DNA of 64,000 nt, from contig NIVC01003286.1 in NCBI GenBank assembly GCA_002269645.1, positions 42,493-106,492 of the forward strand. Direction: 5' to 3'. A model generated the notes under the pieces. The model saw only the letters and a program-made list of their open reading frames with translations. It did no database searches and was not told the origin of the DNA. The DNA is from Macrostomum lignano (taxonomy: Eukaryota). Position numbers and translations under genes: made by a program. This document shows, one piece after another, positions 1 through 12,711 of the stretch (within the stretch, counting starts at the first letter, position 1; each line of letters opens with the position of its first letter).

Positions 1-1
1 C

Positions 2-3000
2 GTGCACGACACGGGAGCGAGCGACGGTCCGCACTTGGCAGTCGAGCCGCTCATGTGCGTGACGGACAGCCTGAGAGGCATTGTTCCCCGATTCGACTTC
101 ATCACCCAGCAGCTGTACTTCAGCGTTCCTGTATTGATGAGGGATGCTGGGATGCTCGCAGAGACTCAGCGTCAACTGCAGCATCTGTCACCGAGGTCTG
201 TGAGCTTCGCCACGGTGACCAACATCAGCGTCTCAGCCGACACCCGCTCATCGGTTTGGGCTTTGGGCTTCCTGTGGACTCCGGATGAGTCAGTAGCCAC
301 TCTGAGACTCGGCTTCAAAAGGATTGTTGTCAAGACCGATTCAAGTAAAGCTTCAGGTTCAAGAATTTTACAGGAAAGTTTACCTCTCCAGTTTTTTCAA
401 TCAGTGTATAACCAGCTGAAGCGCAGTGATGACTTTGGAAGCTCACCACAAGAGGCTCTTGAAAAGGTGAAGATATCAGCTTTTATCATTTCAAACGGAT
501 CTTGTCATGAGGTTCAGAGCCGCGTCATGCTGCAAAACGACAGCTTCATTGATGTCAGCGTGTACAAGCAAAAATTCTTACCCGTGTGCCGACAGCTGCG
601 GTTCACTCGGTACGTCAAACTCGAGAACTGCTCTGCCCGAGTGCACCAGAGACTCGACATCAAGGGCCACTTCCTCATCGAGCCTCTGCTGTGCCACAAC
701 GTCTCCAGCTTGAGCAGCGAGTTAGTCAGGTATGACTACAGCCGAGACATGCACTACCTAAAGCTGGATCTGGTGCTGCAAGATGAGGCCACACGCGATG
801 CTGTGAGGACTCAGTTGGCCGACTTGTCGCCTCGCTCGGTCGACTTCATGCGGCTGTGGACTGCTGAGAGATCGGTGAGCTCTTCGTTGAGTGCTCGGTT
901 CGAGGTCGGTCCGCTGATGGCGTCGGCAGACTGGAGGTCCGCTCAGCTGCGGCTGCTCTGCGGAACCTTTACGAAGTGCCGCGATCTCAGGTTGGTTGGA
1001 ATTTTCTGAGGGGTTTTCAGCTTTTATTGCACCAGATTCAAAAAAGAGTTTACTTTCTAGACTCTCTTTACTTCACAGGACTTCTTGAGTGTTTGCAAGA
1101 GTAATACAAAATCCCTTTTAGTGTCAGCTTGGTTGCTATTGAGCGATCAGATCAGGCTATCAATGCTTTTGTATTGGTTTTTTTTTCTTTTTTAAATTTT
1201 TTTGGCGTTCAAAAATGGATTTGACAATATCCAGGTCTGCTGTGCTGACGGATCCCGCTGACCTGTGGCGACACGTGCAGTGGCGGGTGACGTCGCTGGT
1301 TGCTGAGCAGTGCCACTCCAAGTCCAGCCAAATCACTTCATCATGGAGAATGAAAGCGTCTGAAGGTGCAGTCAGCTGCTCCAGTCTGAAGTCCTGCGTC
1401 AGACTGCACAGCGCCTCTGCTCCACGCACAGCGGCGTTTCAAATCCTGCCAGACGGTCGCTGCTTCGTGAAGTTTCAGCAGCGACTTACTGGCAGAGTGA
1501 GTTTCCAACGAAGCTGGACTGAGTACGAGACTGGCTTCGGTGACAGCACTGACTTCTGGATTGGTGAGCGGCGTTTGTGTATCAGCTAATATTGTGTGAC
1601 GGAGGGTTGGTAGCAGATCTTGTTAATCTTATGGTGAAATTATGGTTGATTCATGCACTTTCAACTGACGTAATACGGACTGAAAGATTAACTGCCCGGC
1701 TAAATAAAAAAGTTAAGTTGAAATTGCGCCATGATGGCAATCGTCAACACTGGCCTTTTCCGCCTGATTGGCGTTTCGGGTCCTTGTTTTTGGTCCTTGG
1801 TTTTTTATACAGCTAGGACTATCAATGCCAAATAGTTTTTTTCAGATGACTAAAATGTCATCCAGGATTCATCAATGAAAAGTATTTGACACTCCGTCCA
1901 GACAACGAAAATGTCGAAAAATGGAAGTCCCAAAGCTACTTTAAAGCATAAGGCAGTAGACAGCGGTTCAGTCCAGCCAGAGCAGCACCAGCCAGAGCAG
2001 CACCAGCTAGAGCAGCACCAGCCAGAGCAGCACCAGCCAGAGCAGCACCAGCCAGAGCAGCACCAGCCAGAGCAGCACCAGCTTCTACGAGTACAACCAT
2101 CGTTGCAGTTTTTGCGTATATTTCTATGAAGTTTACATAAAAAACCTTGTTCCCCGACTCAAAACATTAGCTAGTAAATTTTGCGCTGTTCACGTCACGT
2201 ATAATATTAATGGCCTCATGAGGCCTTATGATAGATACATGGCGTACTTAAGAAAGGTTAGAACTTATTGACTTATAAAAAAAATCCAAAAAAAATTCCT
2301 TTCGTGCGCGCCCTTCTACGAGATATTTATCTGAGTCGCAGTCAAGTTTCCGAAGCGATGCATTCAGATGACATTTCGCTTCAGTCCTGGCCTGATACAA
2401 TTAAAACCCGTCTTGAAGTCTCAGAACAGCCGGCCACTCATCTGGGATATCAGAAGACTTTGAATGGATAATTTAGTCAGTAAACGAATTTAGCTGCACC
2501 ATCTGCTATGGAACGCACATTGTAAAAAATTTATCTCAGGATCCAAATGACGAATCACCTGACAGCAGCGGCGACTAGCCGAGCAGAAGTGACTCAGACT
2601 CAGCCGCTCTCCTCCCGCAGGCCTCTCCGCCATCCACTCGCTCAGCCAGGGCGGCGCCACCCTCAGAGTGGAGATGAAGCTGTGGAACGGCTCTGAGCTG
2701 CATGCGGAGTACGCTGGATTCCAGGTGGGAGGCGCCAGCACTGGGTATCGGATGACGTACCGAGAGATGCTGAGGGACAGGTTAAATGTCAGCTATGTCG
2801 CTTTGGAGAACAGCAAAGGCATGCGGTTCTCTACGATGGACAGGGACAATGACGTACACAGAGGAATCTCATGCTCAAACAGATGGGGAAAAGCAGGCTG
2901 GTGGTTTAATGCTTGTCTACACGTCAACCCTAACGGACTTTTTCCTTCGCGGGAGACAACAGATGGCAGCTATATCGTCTGGAACTCTGGCTCTGTCTGG

Positions 3001-3039
3001 CTGCTTCTTCGTGAAGTGCGGCTGATGCTGCAGATTTGA
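2..3039 (+). CDS. Fibrinogen-related protein (FREP) with long unknown N-terminal region; 5'-incomplete; exons <2-990, 1235-1563, 2621-3039
   Basis: GT-AG introns 991-1234 (phase 2) and 1564-2620 (phase 1) join in frame. The C-terminus reads FQQRLTGRVSFQRSWTEYETGFG..DFWIG|LSAIHSL..LRVEM..FSTMDRDND..C....AGWWFNACLHVNPNG, the hallmark motifs of a fibrinogen C-terminal domain. Confidence 0.9.
1972..2081. repeat. 15-bp minisatellite (CACCAGCCAGAGCAG)n, ~7 copies, in FREP intron 2
   Basis: Direct tandem repeat visible in the sequence. Confidence 0.95.
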
Positions 3040-3418
3040 GCATCAAAAATTGAGCAACTCAGTGGCGCACCCTGTTAATTCAGATACTGATTTTTTGGAC
3101 TTAAGCCAAAAATTATTGGGAGACTAACAAGCCTGCTGCTGCTAATTATTACCTGCAAAACATGGATTTATACGTCTCCCTGATTGCAAGAGTTTTACTG
3201 ACTGAAAACACTCGAGCGCATAAAAAGTGAAACCAATATTTATACTCAATAAACTCATTTTAATAGACGCAAACTTTATAAATAAGCAAATTATAAAAGG
3301 CTGAATACTTCAACTAAGAAATCTGAGCAGCTACTCACTTTATTCATACGGCCAAATGCTCGAGAATTTCTTTTTAAATTCGTTTTTTACACTGAAATTT
3401 TAGTAATGATTTTTTATG

Positions 3419-3830
3419 AGCACCAGCCAGAGCAGCACCAGCCAGAGCAGCACCAGCCAGAGCAGCACCAGCCAGAGCAGCACCAGCCAGAGCAGCACCA
3501 GCCAGAGCAGCACCAGCCAAAGCAGCACCAGCCAGAGCAGCACCAGCCAGAGCAGCACCAGCCAGAGCAGCACCAGCCAGAGCAGCACCAGCCAGAGCAG
3601 CACCAGCCAGAGCAGCACCAGCCATAGCAGCACCAGCCAGAGCAGCACCAGCCAGAGCAGCACCAGCCAGAGCAGCACCAGCCAGAGCAGCACCAGCCAG
3701 AGCAGCACCAGCCAGAGCAGCACCAGCCAGAGCAGCACCAGCCAGAGCAGCACCAGCCAGAGCAGCACCAGCCAGAGCAGCACCAGCCAGAGCAGCACCA
3801 GCCATAGCAGCACCAGCCAGAGCAGCACCA
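3419..3830. repeat. 15-bp minisatellite (CACCAGCCAGAGCAG)n, ~27 copies
   Basis: Same unit as 1972-2081; accounts for the ORFs at 3374-3880. Confidence 0.95.
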
Positions 3831-3959
3831 GTCGTGGCAGCACCGGCCGACTCAGTTCTTCAGCTGATGCTTGCAACTGACTGACTCAAATTAATTTTGT
3901 CTTAGACTTCTCCTTACTTCTTCTTTACCTTAGATTTTTTCATTTAGTCAAGTTTGCGA

Positions 3960-4660
3960 ACAGAAGTATTTAGATGACATTTCGCTTCACTACTGACCTG
4001 ATACAATTAAAAACCCGTCTTGCAATCTCGGAACAGCTGGCCGCTCAGCTGGGATATCGGAATGCTTATAATGGATAGTTTAGGCAATTAACAAATTTTA
4101 ATTTAGGCAATCCAGGTAGGAGACGCCAGCACTGGGTATCGGATGACGTACCGAGAGATGCTGAGGGACAGGTCAAGTGTCAGCTGGGATGCTTTGGAGC
4201 TCAGCAAAGACATGCGGTTCTCCACGATGGACAGGGACAATGACGTATGGGATGCTGGTTCATGCTCCAATAAATATGGAAAAGGAGGCTGGTGGCTTAA
4301 ACGCTGCCATCAATTCAACCCTAACTGACTTTATCCTTCAGGGGATTTAGCACATCACAGGAATACGGTCAGGCACTCTGGCTCTGCCTATCGAACTTTT
4401 CGTGAAATGAGGCTGATGCTGCAGAGTTGAGAATCAAAAATTGAGCAACTCGTTGGCGCACTCTGTTGACTCAAATATGTTTTTTTTATCGGATAACTGC
4501 CAGACATTAGTACGACTCGTAATAATACTTTTGCAAATTATGAGTCACATATTATCGATTTTTTCGATATCTTTCTGATTGCAAGAGTTTTACCTACTGA
4601 AAATAGTCGAGCGCATAAAGAAACTAAAAACAATATTTTTCGTGATTTTTAACTCAATAA
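3960..4660 (+). pseudogene. Tandem-duplicated, degenerate copy of the FREP terminal exon plus flanks
   Basis: 3975-4085 resembles 2365-2480, 4111-4470 resembles 2719-3085, and 4575-4660 resembles 3180-3255. The exon 5' part and acceptor (~2485-2718) are deleted, and AACCCTAAC-GGA has become AACCCTAAC-TGA (stop at 4326-4328). Confidence 0.85.
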
Positions 4661-5077
4661 AATCGTATTTTCAACCATAAGCTAATTCAAAAAAGTAAAA
4701 CATCCAAATAAACAAACGTTTTTCGTAAGTCTTAGTCAGTTAAAAATTTTTACACTTGAATTTTCCACGAATTTAAAAACAAACCAAAAGCCTCAATGCT
4801 TTGTTGCTACTAACCGCATGAGGCTTTTTTGAAGTGTTGCTTTTTTGATAGAATTGATCGATTTTGTGGTTTTTTTGCTTCTTGTCAATGAGGCACGCAG
4901 ACTCATTTTTTGTATTCACAGCTTTACCGATAATCAATAAATAGAATTGAACCAGATTGAAGTGCAGAAAACTCCTGTTATTGTTGGTGATGTGCAGGAT
5001 CAAAAAATTACCACTAATTAATACATTTTAATTTATTTGCGTTGACATATTTGCTATGGTCATGAGCGCTACTCAAT

Positions 5078-5271
5078 GGGCCGTATGCAGAAAGCTCTGT
5101 CTAGGGTAGTCCGGTCTTGAAAAGCTAGTCTGGACTTGGATTTGGTATTCAGAAACGCAAAGTTAGACCAGTCTACTATAGACAGAACTAGGATAGCTAG
5201 ACCATAGACTATAGACTGAACTACCCAAGCCCGGACTAGCTAGTCTGGACTAAGCTTTCTGCATACGGCCC
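5078..5271. mobile_element. PIF/Harbinger (Tourist-like) MITE, 194 bp
   Basis: Perfect 19-bp TIR GGGCCGTATGCAGAAAGCT / AGCTTTCTGCATACGGCCC and a 3-bp TSD AAT on both sides. A GGGCC terminus with a 3-bp TSD is typical of PIF/Harbinger. Confidence 0.8.
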
Positions 5272-5938
5272 AATGCCTGTCTACTGCATCTGGTCTCATA
5301 TGCATTCTACCAACGTACAAAAGTAAAATGTACTATTTAAATTCTGAGCTGTAGATTTCACTTTAAATAATAGTGTCAAAATAGAAGATTGCAATGAAGC
5401 ATACGGTATGTAAACATAAACATGGTGTGGAGTCCAGGACTAATGTGCTCTATATACAAACTTATCGTCATTTTTCCAGTGCTGGAATGTTGGAGCCGGT
5501 GGGTAGGTTTTTACTTGAACTAATTATAATTCGGTAAAGTGTATAATAGTCTTCACCAGACATACATGGTAAAACAAAATCGCACAACAGTTCTACTGTA
5601 AAGTGCAGATGCAACAAGTTCAGTTCAGCTTCGTCTCGCTTCGAACCGCTCGTGAGCAGTAAAATTCGCAGAAAAATGTCACTTTTCTTCAGCTGTTTGC
5701 TGCTGTTCCTGCAAGTTGGGAATAAATTTGATTTAAAACTGTATTAATACTTTATTGACTTACTAAGGAATCTTACTACATATATCAGCTTCTCGCTTTT
5801 ATAACATATTTCACAGCTGGATGTGTCAAGGCCGAAATCTGCACAGTGGAAGGACTAAATGTTTAATTTCATGAAAATATGAAAATGACGGCTGTTCTTA
5901 CCTTTTTTAACGTGGTTTGGAACAAAAGGGAGCCGGAT

Positions 5939-6375
<437 letters not shown>

Positions 6376-6720
6376 GACAGAAAGATAGATAGATATGCAA
6401 GTCGTCTTAAATTAAAAAAAACTGCAATTCAAGCGGTAAAACTGCGAAAGCGCCCCCTATGTGCTTCAAAATCTGTTCAAGCGAAAGATGGAGCAGACTC
6501 CACAGCTGCCTCTATCAAAGCTTCATGGATGGCATCGGCATGCATTGGGTGCAGGAAAATCGGTCCTGGTTACAAATCATAAGCGGCTATACAACACAGA
6601 CACAAATCAGCCTATGAAGATCATTTAAACGTCTCTACCGGGTGTAGTGTTGAAATTTTGGCCCTGAATCACAACTGATTGCTGCCATCGACTAAAGAGT
6701 AGCTAAATGAAATAGCAAAC

Positions 6721-6795
6721 CTGTTTCAGCTTCTCGTAGTGGTCAAGAGAACTCTTCAGTGGCGTCACCATGACTTCCGTGATGCGAGGGAACGG
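6721..6795 (-). CDS. PDE9A: Alternative (duplicated) PDE9 3' exon PFPRITEVMVTPLKSSLDHYEKLKQ
   Basis: 75 nt, phase 0/0, bounded by GGCAG and GTTTG. It is paralogous to the start of exon 7333-7046 ([25 protein letters not shown]). Confidence 0.7.
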
Positions 6796-7045
6796 CTGCC
6801 AAATGTACGCAGTTATTTAATAGTGTGACAGCCGGGTTACGTTGCACAGTATTCAAGAAAATGCAAATAAAAATCTTTACGAGTACTTTCCTACGTAGAG
6901 ACTACTCAAAAAGACGGTGCACTTTCAAACCGTGAACATTCACTGACTGTTGCTGCTCCACGAGGTACATACTAATCGGCTTCGGTTTTCTTGAATATTT
7001 ATCTTGGGAAGTAATCATCTATGCTTGTTTTGACGTTTAAAAGTT

Positions 7046-10000
7046 TCATTTACCTACTGCACAGTAGAGCAAAGCAAGTTCTAACAGAAAGGAAAGCGGT
7101 AACATTGGGATGATCAGCTTTGAAACTTCACATGAGTCATTTTTCAAAGCTCTATGATTTTGAAAGTCCTTCCACTGTTGATTCGGCCAGTCTGCTAGCA
7201 AATAAACTGTTTCAAAACCCTTCGACTGTCTTGCCTGCTTTCGTCTGGCTTCCTCTTGCTCTTTGAGTGTCTCGTACTTGTGCAGAGAGGATTTCAGCTG
7301 CTGCACCATGGAGTCCGTGAGCGCGGGGAAAAGCTGACGAGTGCGACAGGAGTTGGATGGGTGCTCAGACGTCAGACACTGTCGTTGAACTGAGATGGTC
7401 TATTATAGCTGAGCTAGTACTGACATCATTTCTGTCTATGCATGACCTTTACTTTCACTAATTCTCTCAACGGACATCCAACCCATCCCTCTTCATTTCA
7501 AGTCAAGTTCAAGTTCAATTAGCATTAGCTGGAGTAGTTGAGGGTGTTTGTGGCGACCCTCCAGTCATTGGACTGAACAGCCGTATGCAGCCTTTCAGAT
7601 GCGCCGCGCAAGAGTTTCGGCTGAGCTGTTGGTTGCCCATCTGCCCACTGAGCAGGCGTAATAATTCAATCAACAATTATTTGACTTATATGAAAGGAAA
7701 AGCTACGCTTTGATTAAACTGGCTACAGTTTGTGAGGTGAGAGCAAAACAACCAGTTGATATGAATGAATCATGAGTTTCGTGCTTTCCATCGCCATGAT
7801 CAACATCCATTTCGCCTTATCTGACTGCAGTACAAGCTGCATGCAGGCTACCAAAATTGCAAAACCTCACCGTATCTTAGCCTCACCTTAGCAACCGCCT
7901 CAAACATTGGAATGAGTACGAATCGGATGAAACCAATCTGAGCTGTTGGCTTTGTCACCTTCTCTCGGTCCATGAAGGGGGCCACGGGTAGGCCTTCGAT
8001 TTTTTCTCGATCCGACTGATGTCAAAAAATGTTTTGAAACGTTGGTGTAGTGACTTTCTACTCATGGTTACGTATAGTAGTATGTTTCACTCGCAAAGTG
8101 GCTGGCTGATTAATTGAACTAACCTGATTAAAATACTCCTCCAGCAAGCAGTCGACCCATGGCTCGCTGACCTCCATTGGGCGAACTTCATTGGAGATGT
8201 CGCAGCACTTGATCAGCACCATTTTCAGCTGCAAAAATGCAGAATAGCTGTGATACATAAATGCGACTGGAAGTCCTATGAACTCTGTCTAAACTAAATT
8301 CTGAATGCAGCGTGAACTCACCGTATCCAAGTGATCCTTCTTGGAGAAATCGAAGCCTTCCTCGGTGCGCTTCTTGAAGTTCTCCAGGATCTCAGCGTGT
8401 CGAGCCATGTCGGTGGCCAGAATCAGCATCGTCATGCCCTGGGCATTAATTGATAAAGACAGTTAGTCAGTTCGCTCGGGGGCTGTAGTGTGAGCAGTCA
8501 GTCGGCAGTCTATTCGTAGGCAGTGCAAGCAGTTACGCCATGGCACGCGCCCACACTGGGTGTACAGAGGCCTTGATTTTCTCTATTTTCAGACACGTTC
8601 ACACGTACACTCTCTGTACTTGGAGGCTTGGCTTTCACGTTAATTTTGCAACAAGTTACAGGCCAATTTAATCAAATTTTACTTAAAAAATAAATTCATT
8701 CGAAAGTAAACAAGGGCCGCTTGATAAATACTCGTAATATTGTAAACTTGCATCCACACTCCTCTCAAGCGTTCGCCTCTTGATTTGGCTATCACGAGCA
8801 CGAGTCGAGGATTCCCTAGGATTACAGCTTTTTTAATTATTTAGAAACTTTTGTTTTACCAAGAGAGATAACAATAGCTTGTACTAACCTTGCGAATACG
8901 CTGGAAGGCCTCCTTGTCTACATTGGCGAATATATTGGTCTCCGGATTGTTGAGTATCTGGAAAGCCACAGCGCAGTGATGATTCTCTAGTGGGCTGATG
9001 TCGTTATAACGGATGGCAAGCTCAGTTCTAGCATTGATTTGGTAGGTGTTGTTGTAGCCCGGGTGGTCAAGGTCGTGGCAAATCGCGGCCGTGATGAGGA
9101 TGCCCAGATCCTCCTTGGGCAGCAGAGAGTCCAGGCCGCACAGGTGAATCATGCCGTACATCATTTGCGACACACAGAAGCAGTGGCGAAAGTTGTGGAA
9201 CGGGTTGTTCCGATAGTTGGCCTGGATGCACAGCTGTGTGTCGAATTATACTTTTGACTTTTAGCAACTCAGTAGCGATTTTGATCGATTAAAAACTAAA
9301 CAAAACGACTGAAAACTAAAGGCCTAAGCAAAAATTGATCACAAGATAGCTCGCTCTAGAATCCTCAATCCTTGTTCTAAAAATAGCCTTCTTCAATAAT
9401 TAGAGGGCATTGCGTTCTGAGTGAAGACGTCATTAGCTAACTTTTTGTGGAAGGCTAGACTGTTGAGCAGAAGACTTACCAGCCAGCGTTTCAGAGTCAC
9501 CGGGTTCATGTTGAACTCTTGCAGCAGATCCAGCTCGTGATACATGTGCTCCAATAGACTGAGCATCTGAAAGAATTGGGTGTACGGTTTTTAAATTATT
9601 AGTAAATTAGTGCGGCTTATGGTACAATCAGGTTTTTTCAGGTTTTTAAGCATCAGTTATCAAGCTTACTTCGTTTGGTTCCCAGTGCCAATTATCGAAC
9701 GTTGGCTTTTTAAGGTACTCGACTGTTTCTTGCGACAAAATGTACTGAAATCGATTAGAAATTCATGGAGTTTGTTGAGAAATGTTTCAAAAGAAGCAGG
9801 GGGCTTTGTGCACCCATAAGCAAAATTGTCACACAACTGGCGAGAAGCATCACTACACAGACTCCCCTGAGCAGGCACACAAGCGCGCGGATGCGTACTC
9901 ACAGGCACACTCACAGGGGCCCTAAATTTATTTATAGTTAGGCATGTACACTTCCCTGTGACTTGGGGGTGAGCCCTCAAATTAAGCCTAGCCGAACAAA

Positions 10001-12711
10001 GCCACGCCGAGATTCCAATTTAGCCCCAAATTAATGTGACTGCATTTGGTATGGGGCCTGGGATGCTGGGACTTCTGCACTGCACTTTTAGATTCTCTAA
10101 AAGATATTTGCACAGCTGCTGAGCCTCAAACCTTTTGAAAAGCCGGCACACGCTTCATGCTAACAAATTTGATTCCATTGTCCGCCGTCAAAACAATATC
10201 CTCGCTGTCTTGCGATGACATTGGAACCCTGCAATTGAATTTTTTTTTAATTGGCTTAACACTAGGTTTCTATGACAACGGCATGAAGGAAACATGATAG
10301 ATTCATCAAGTTGATTCCATTAAGTCTAAGTAGAGCTAAATGTAAGGCATTACGGATTTAGTGAGTCGCACCGACTCAGCCAGAGTTACAATGTGTATTT
10401 ACACGCCCTAGCAAGCATCGAATTTAGAAGCAAGTCGTAAAAAAAGAGCAGAGCTCGAGAAATCAAGCTCGTGAGACTTTATCCACCTGTAGCATCGATA
10501 TTCTTTAGAATTCTTTAGTTATTCGCGACGAGAACTGAGTACTATTCCGTGCCTCTCCTTGATCAGTTGCCGCCAGGGACGAGCAGAGCCTTGGACTCTA
10601 AGTGCGACTATCCGACCAACTCATGCGAAAGAAGCCATCTCAGTCGAAATTCCCGGCGGGTTCAGATGAGGAGACCAGTCTAGCGAACTACATTGAGAAC
10701 TAGCGCGGACTTCCTTACTTTCTTGTTTCTCAAGTTGATTTAGTAAGATTTCACAGTACGTGGCCACTTCATTTAACTACACGTACTGGTGCCACACAAG
10801 CGTCCAATGAGATAATGGATGCACCAAACAAGAACATTTTGTTTGTCTACTGAACGCAAACATTGAAACAACACAATCTCGAAATTGAAAACAGGTAACG
10901 GCTCGTATCATACACTCGAAAATAATTACTCTGCTCTTGTTTACTTTGCCATCTGTCTCCCCCGCTAAAAACTTGAGTCCTCACTTCAGTTCCAGTTCCC
11001 TTTACTCAGCTTTGCAGTAAACCTGATGCACTTTTTCTCTCTCTCAATCCAGACAAAACCGACTCACAGCTTTGAGCCGGTTTCAGACGCCTGGCTCAGC
11101 TTCTTGCCCTGCTGCCAGACTTGGTCGCGGACTTCGCTGATCTCCTTCTTGCAGCGCTCGATTTCCACAAGTTTCAGCGATTCGCCTGAAAAGTTTTCGG
11201 CGATTCTAGATTATATATGTGTGTAGATGTTATGCATTTTCACCAGACTTGTACGGTGGTAAGAAACTCACTTTCAAGTCTCTTCTCAATTATATTGAGC
11301 CGTTTGTCCAGTTCAGTTCTGAACTCCTCCATGCGAAAAGCTCTGAAATGCGCACCGGTTTAACGATTTTGTTTAAATCTCATTCGGACCGACGATAGAA
11401 ATAAAGCAAAGTGAATTCCTGCCTGTTAAACTGCTCTCCAACTTTGCTGAGCACCAGGCTCAGAGCTTGCACCTCGGTGTCTCCGGAGTCGCCAGCTTTC
11501 GTTACGTTGACGCGGTAAGCCGAGCTGAAAGCGGTTACAGAAATTATTAATTTTTTTTAGAGTCAGAGGGGTTGTGTGCACCCTGGCGCACTTTAAGCGA
11601 CATAAGCACACAACCGGCGAGAGGCATTACTGCCCATTCCGCCGACTCCCCTGAGCAGGCATACAAGCGCGCGGATACGTACGCAGGCACACACTCACAC
11701 AGGAGTGTACAGCGGCCCTAACTTTATATTATCGTTAGGCATGTACACTTCACTGCGCCTCGGGGGGTTGGCTCTCAAGGCCGTTAATTGCACGAGCAGA
11801 GCCAAGCCGAGATTCCAATTCAGTCCCAAATTAATTTGACTGCACTTGGAATCGAGCCTGGGTCGCTGGCACACCAGAGCAGCTGCGCTACCGCTGGGCT
11901 ACGGCCCCCCAGCGGTTACAGCAAGCTTTTAAAGTTCCTATGCAACAGTTTTACTCTTAAACCCATTAGCCTGTCATTCCTTACTCAGTTGTGTTCTGCG
12001 GCATGTCTGGCACAATGGGCACGTGACCACCTTCGGAAGTTTTGAGAACAATTTGCGAGCTGCGCTTCACTTGGGCCACCTGACAAATCAGGTCGTGAAT
12101 GTCCTGCGACGAGCAGTGCGGGCTGAATACGATCTGAAATAGTGAGTAGTGGACGGAACTGAATAACGTGCTTTGAGCATATACACCGGGTTCATAACAA
12201 TAAGTGGTTCGTGGGTGTGGTCGTGGTTCAGATGAAAAGTACTATTAAGCCATAGCATCAGATAATTGGCTCCAATCGCGAGCTCATTAAGCCCAGCTGG
12301 ACAATTGTTTACGGTCTATAAATTTAGCATTTCATCTGAGTGATCATCCGAAAAATATTTACCTCACCTGTGCAGTTTTTGCAGGACTTAATTATTTTAT
12401 GATCCGAAAGAAGCAATCCAACCCTGCTGACCCAATCTAATTTTAGCCAGCATTTTTATGCCTATCAATTATCTGAAGTTCTCGAAAGCACCCCCCTCCC
12501 ATCTGGTTGCATTAACAGCGCCGCAGCTGAGGCCATGTTTTGCTGCCGATGTGATGAAATAGTTACCCATACGTTCGTATATCGATATGTTTTTGTAAGC
12601 AGCTATAGGCTCGACATGCGCTATAAAACAGCCGCTGAATGAACTCACCGACTCTGTTTTGCCGTTCACGCTCAAGAATATCGATCTCGACGTAGCCACT
12701 CCGTTGCCCAT
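7046..12711 (-). CDS. PDE9A: cGMP-specific phosphodiesterase 9; exons 12711-12649, 12133-11985, 11524-11423, 11342-11272, 11185-11068, 10228-10132, 9744-9670, 9566-9480, 9233-8889, 8438-8322, 8228-8124, 8015-7887, 7333-7046
   Basis: All exon phases are compatible. The protein is colinear with PDE9A as I recall it: [154 protein letters not shown]. Confidence 0.95.
9795..10075 (-). mobile_element. Second, more diverged copy of the same SINE
   Basis: Shares CTCCCCTGAGCAGGCA.ACAAGCGCGCGGAT, GTTAGGCATGTACACTTC and GCCGAGATTCCAATT.AG.CCCAAATTAAT.TGACTGCA with 11565-11880. Confidence 0.7.
10538..10717 (+). mobile_element. Possible degenerate pogo/Fot1-type transposase HTH fragment
   Basis: The translation ...[16 protein letters not shown] weakly resembles the CENP-B-type HTH (EEE.LV.YI....RGFP). 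No termini found. Confidence 0.2.
11565..11910 (-). mobile_element. tRNA-derived SINE (near full length) in a PDE9 intron
   Basis: The minus-strand head GGGGCCGTAGCCCAGCGGTAGCGC...GACCCAGGCTCGATTCC carries Pol III A-box (TAGCCCAGCGG) and B-box (GGCTCGATTCC) motifs. The body is shared with 9795-10075. Confidence 0.7.

Noticed and set aside
10640-10680. GAAA...CAGATGAG resembling a hammerhead ribozyme core
   Set aside because: The core is CAGATGA rather than CTGANGA, and the stems do not form.
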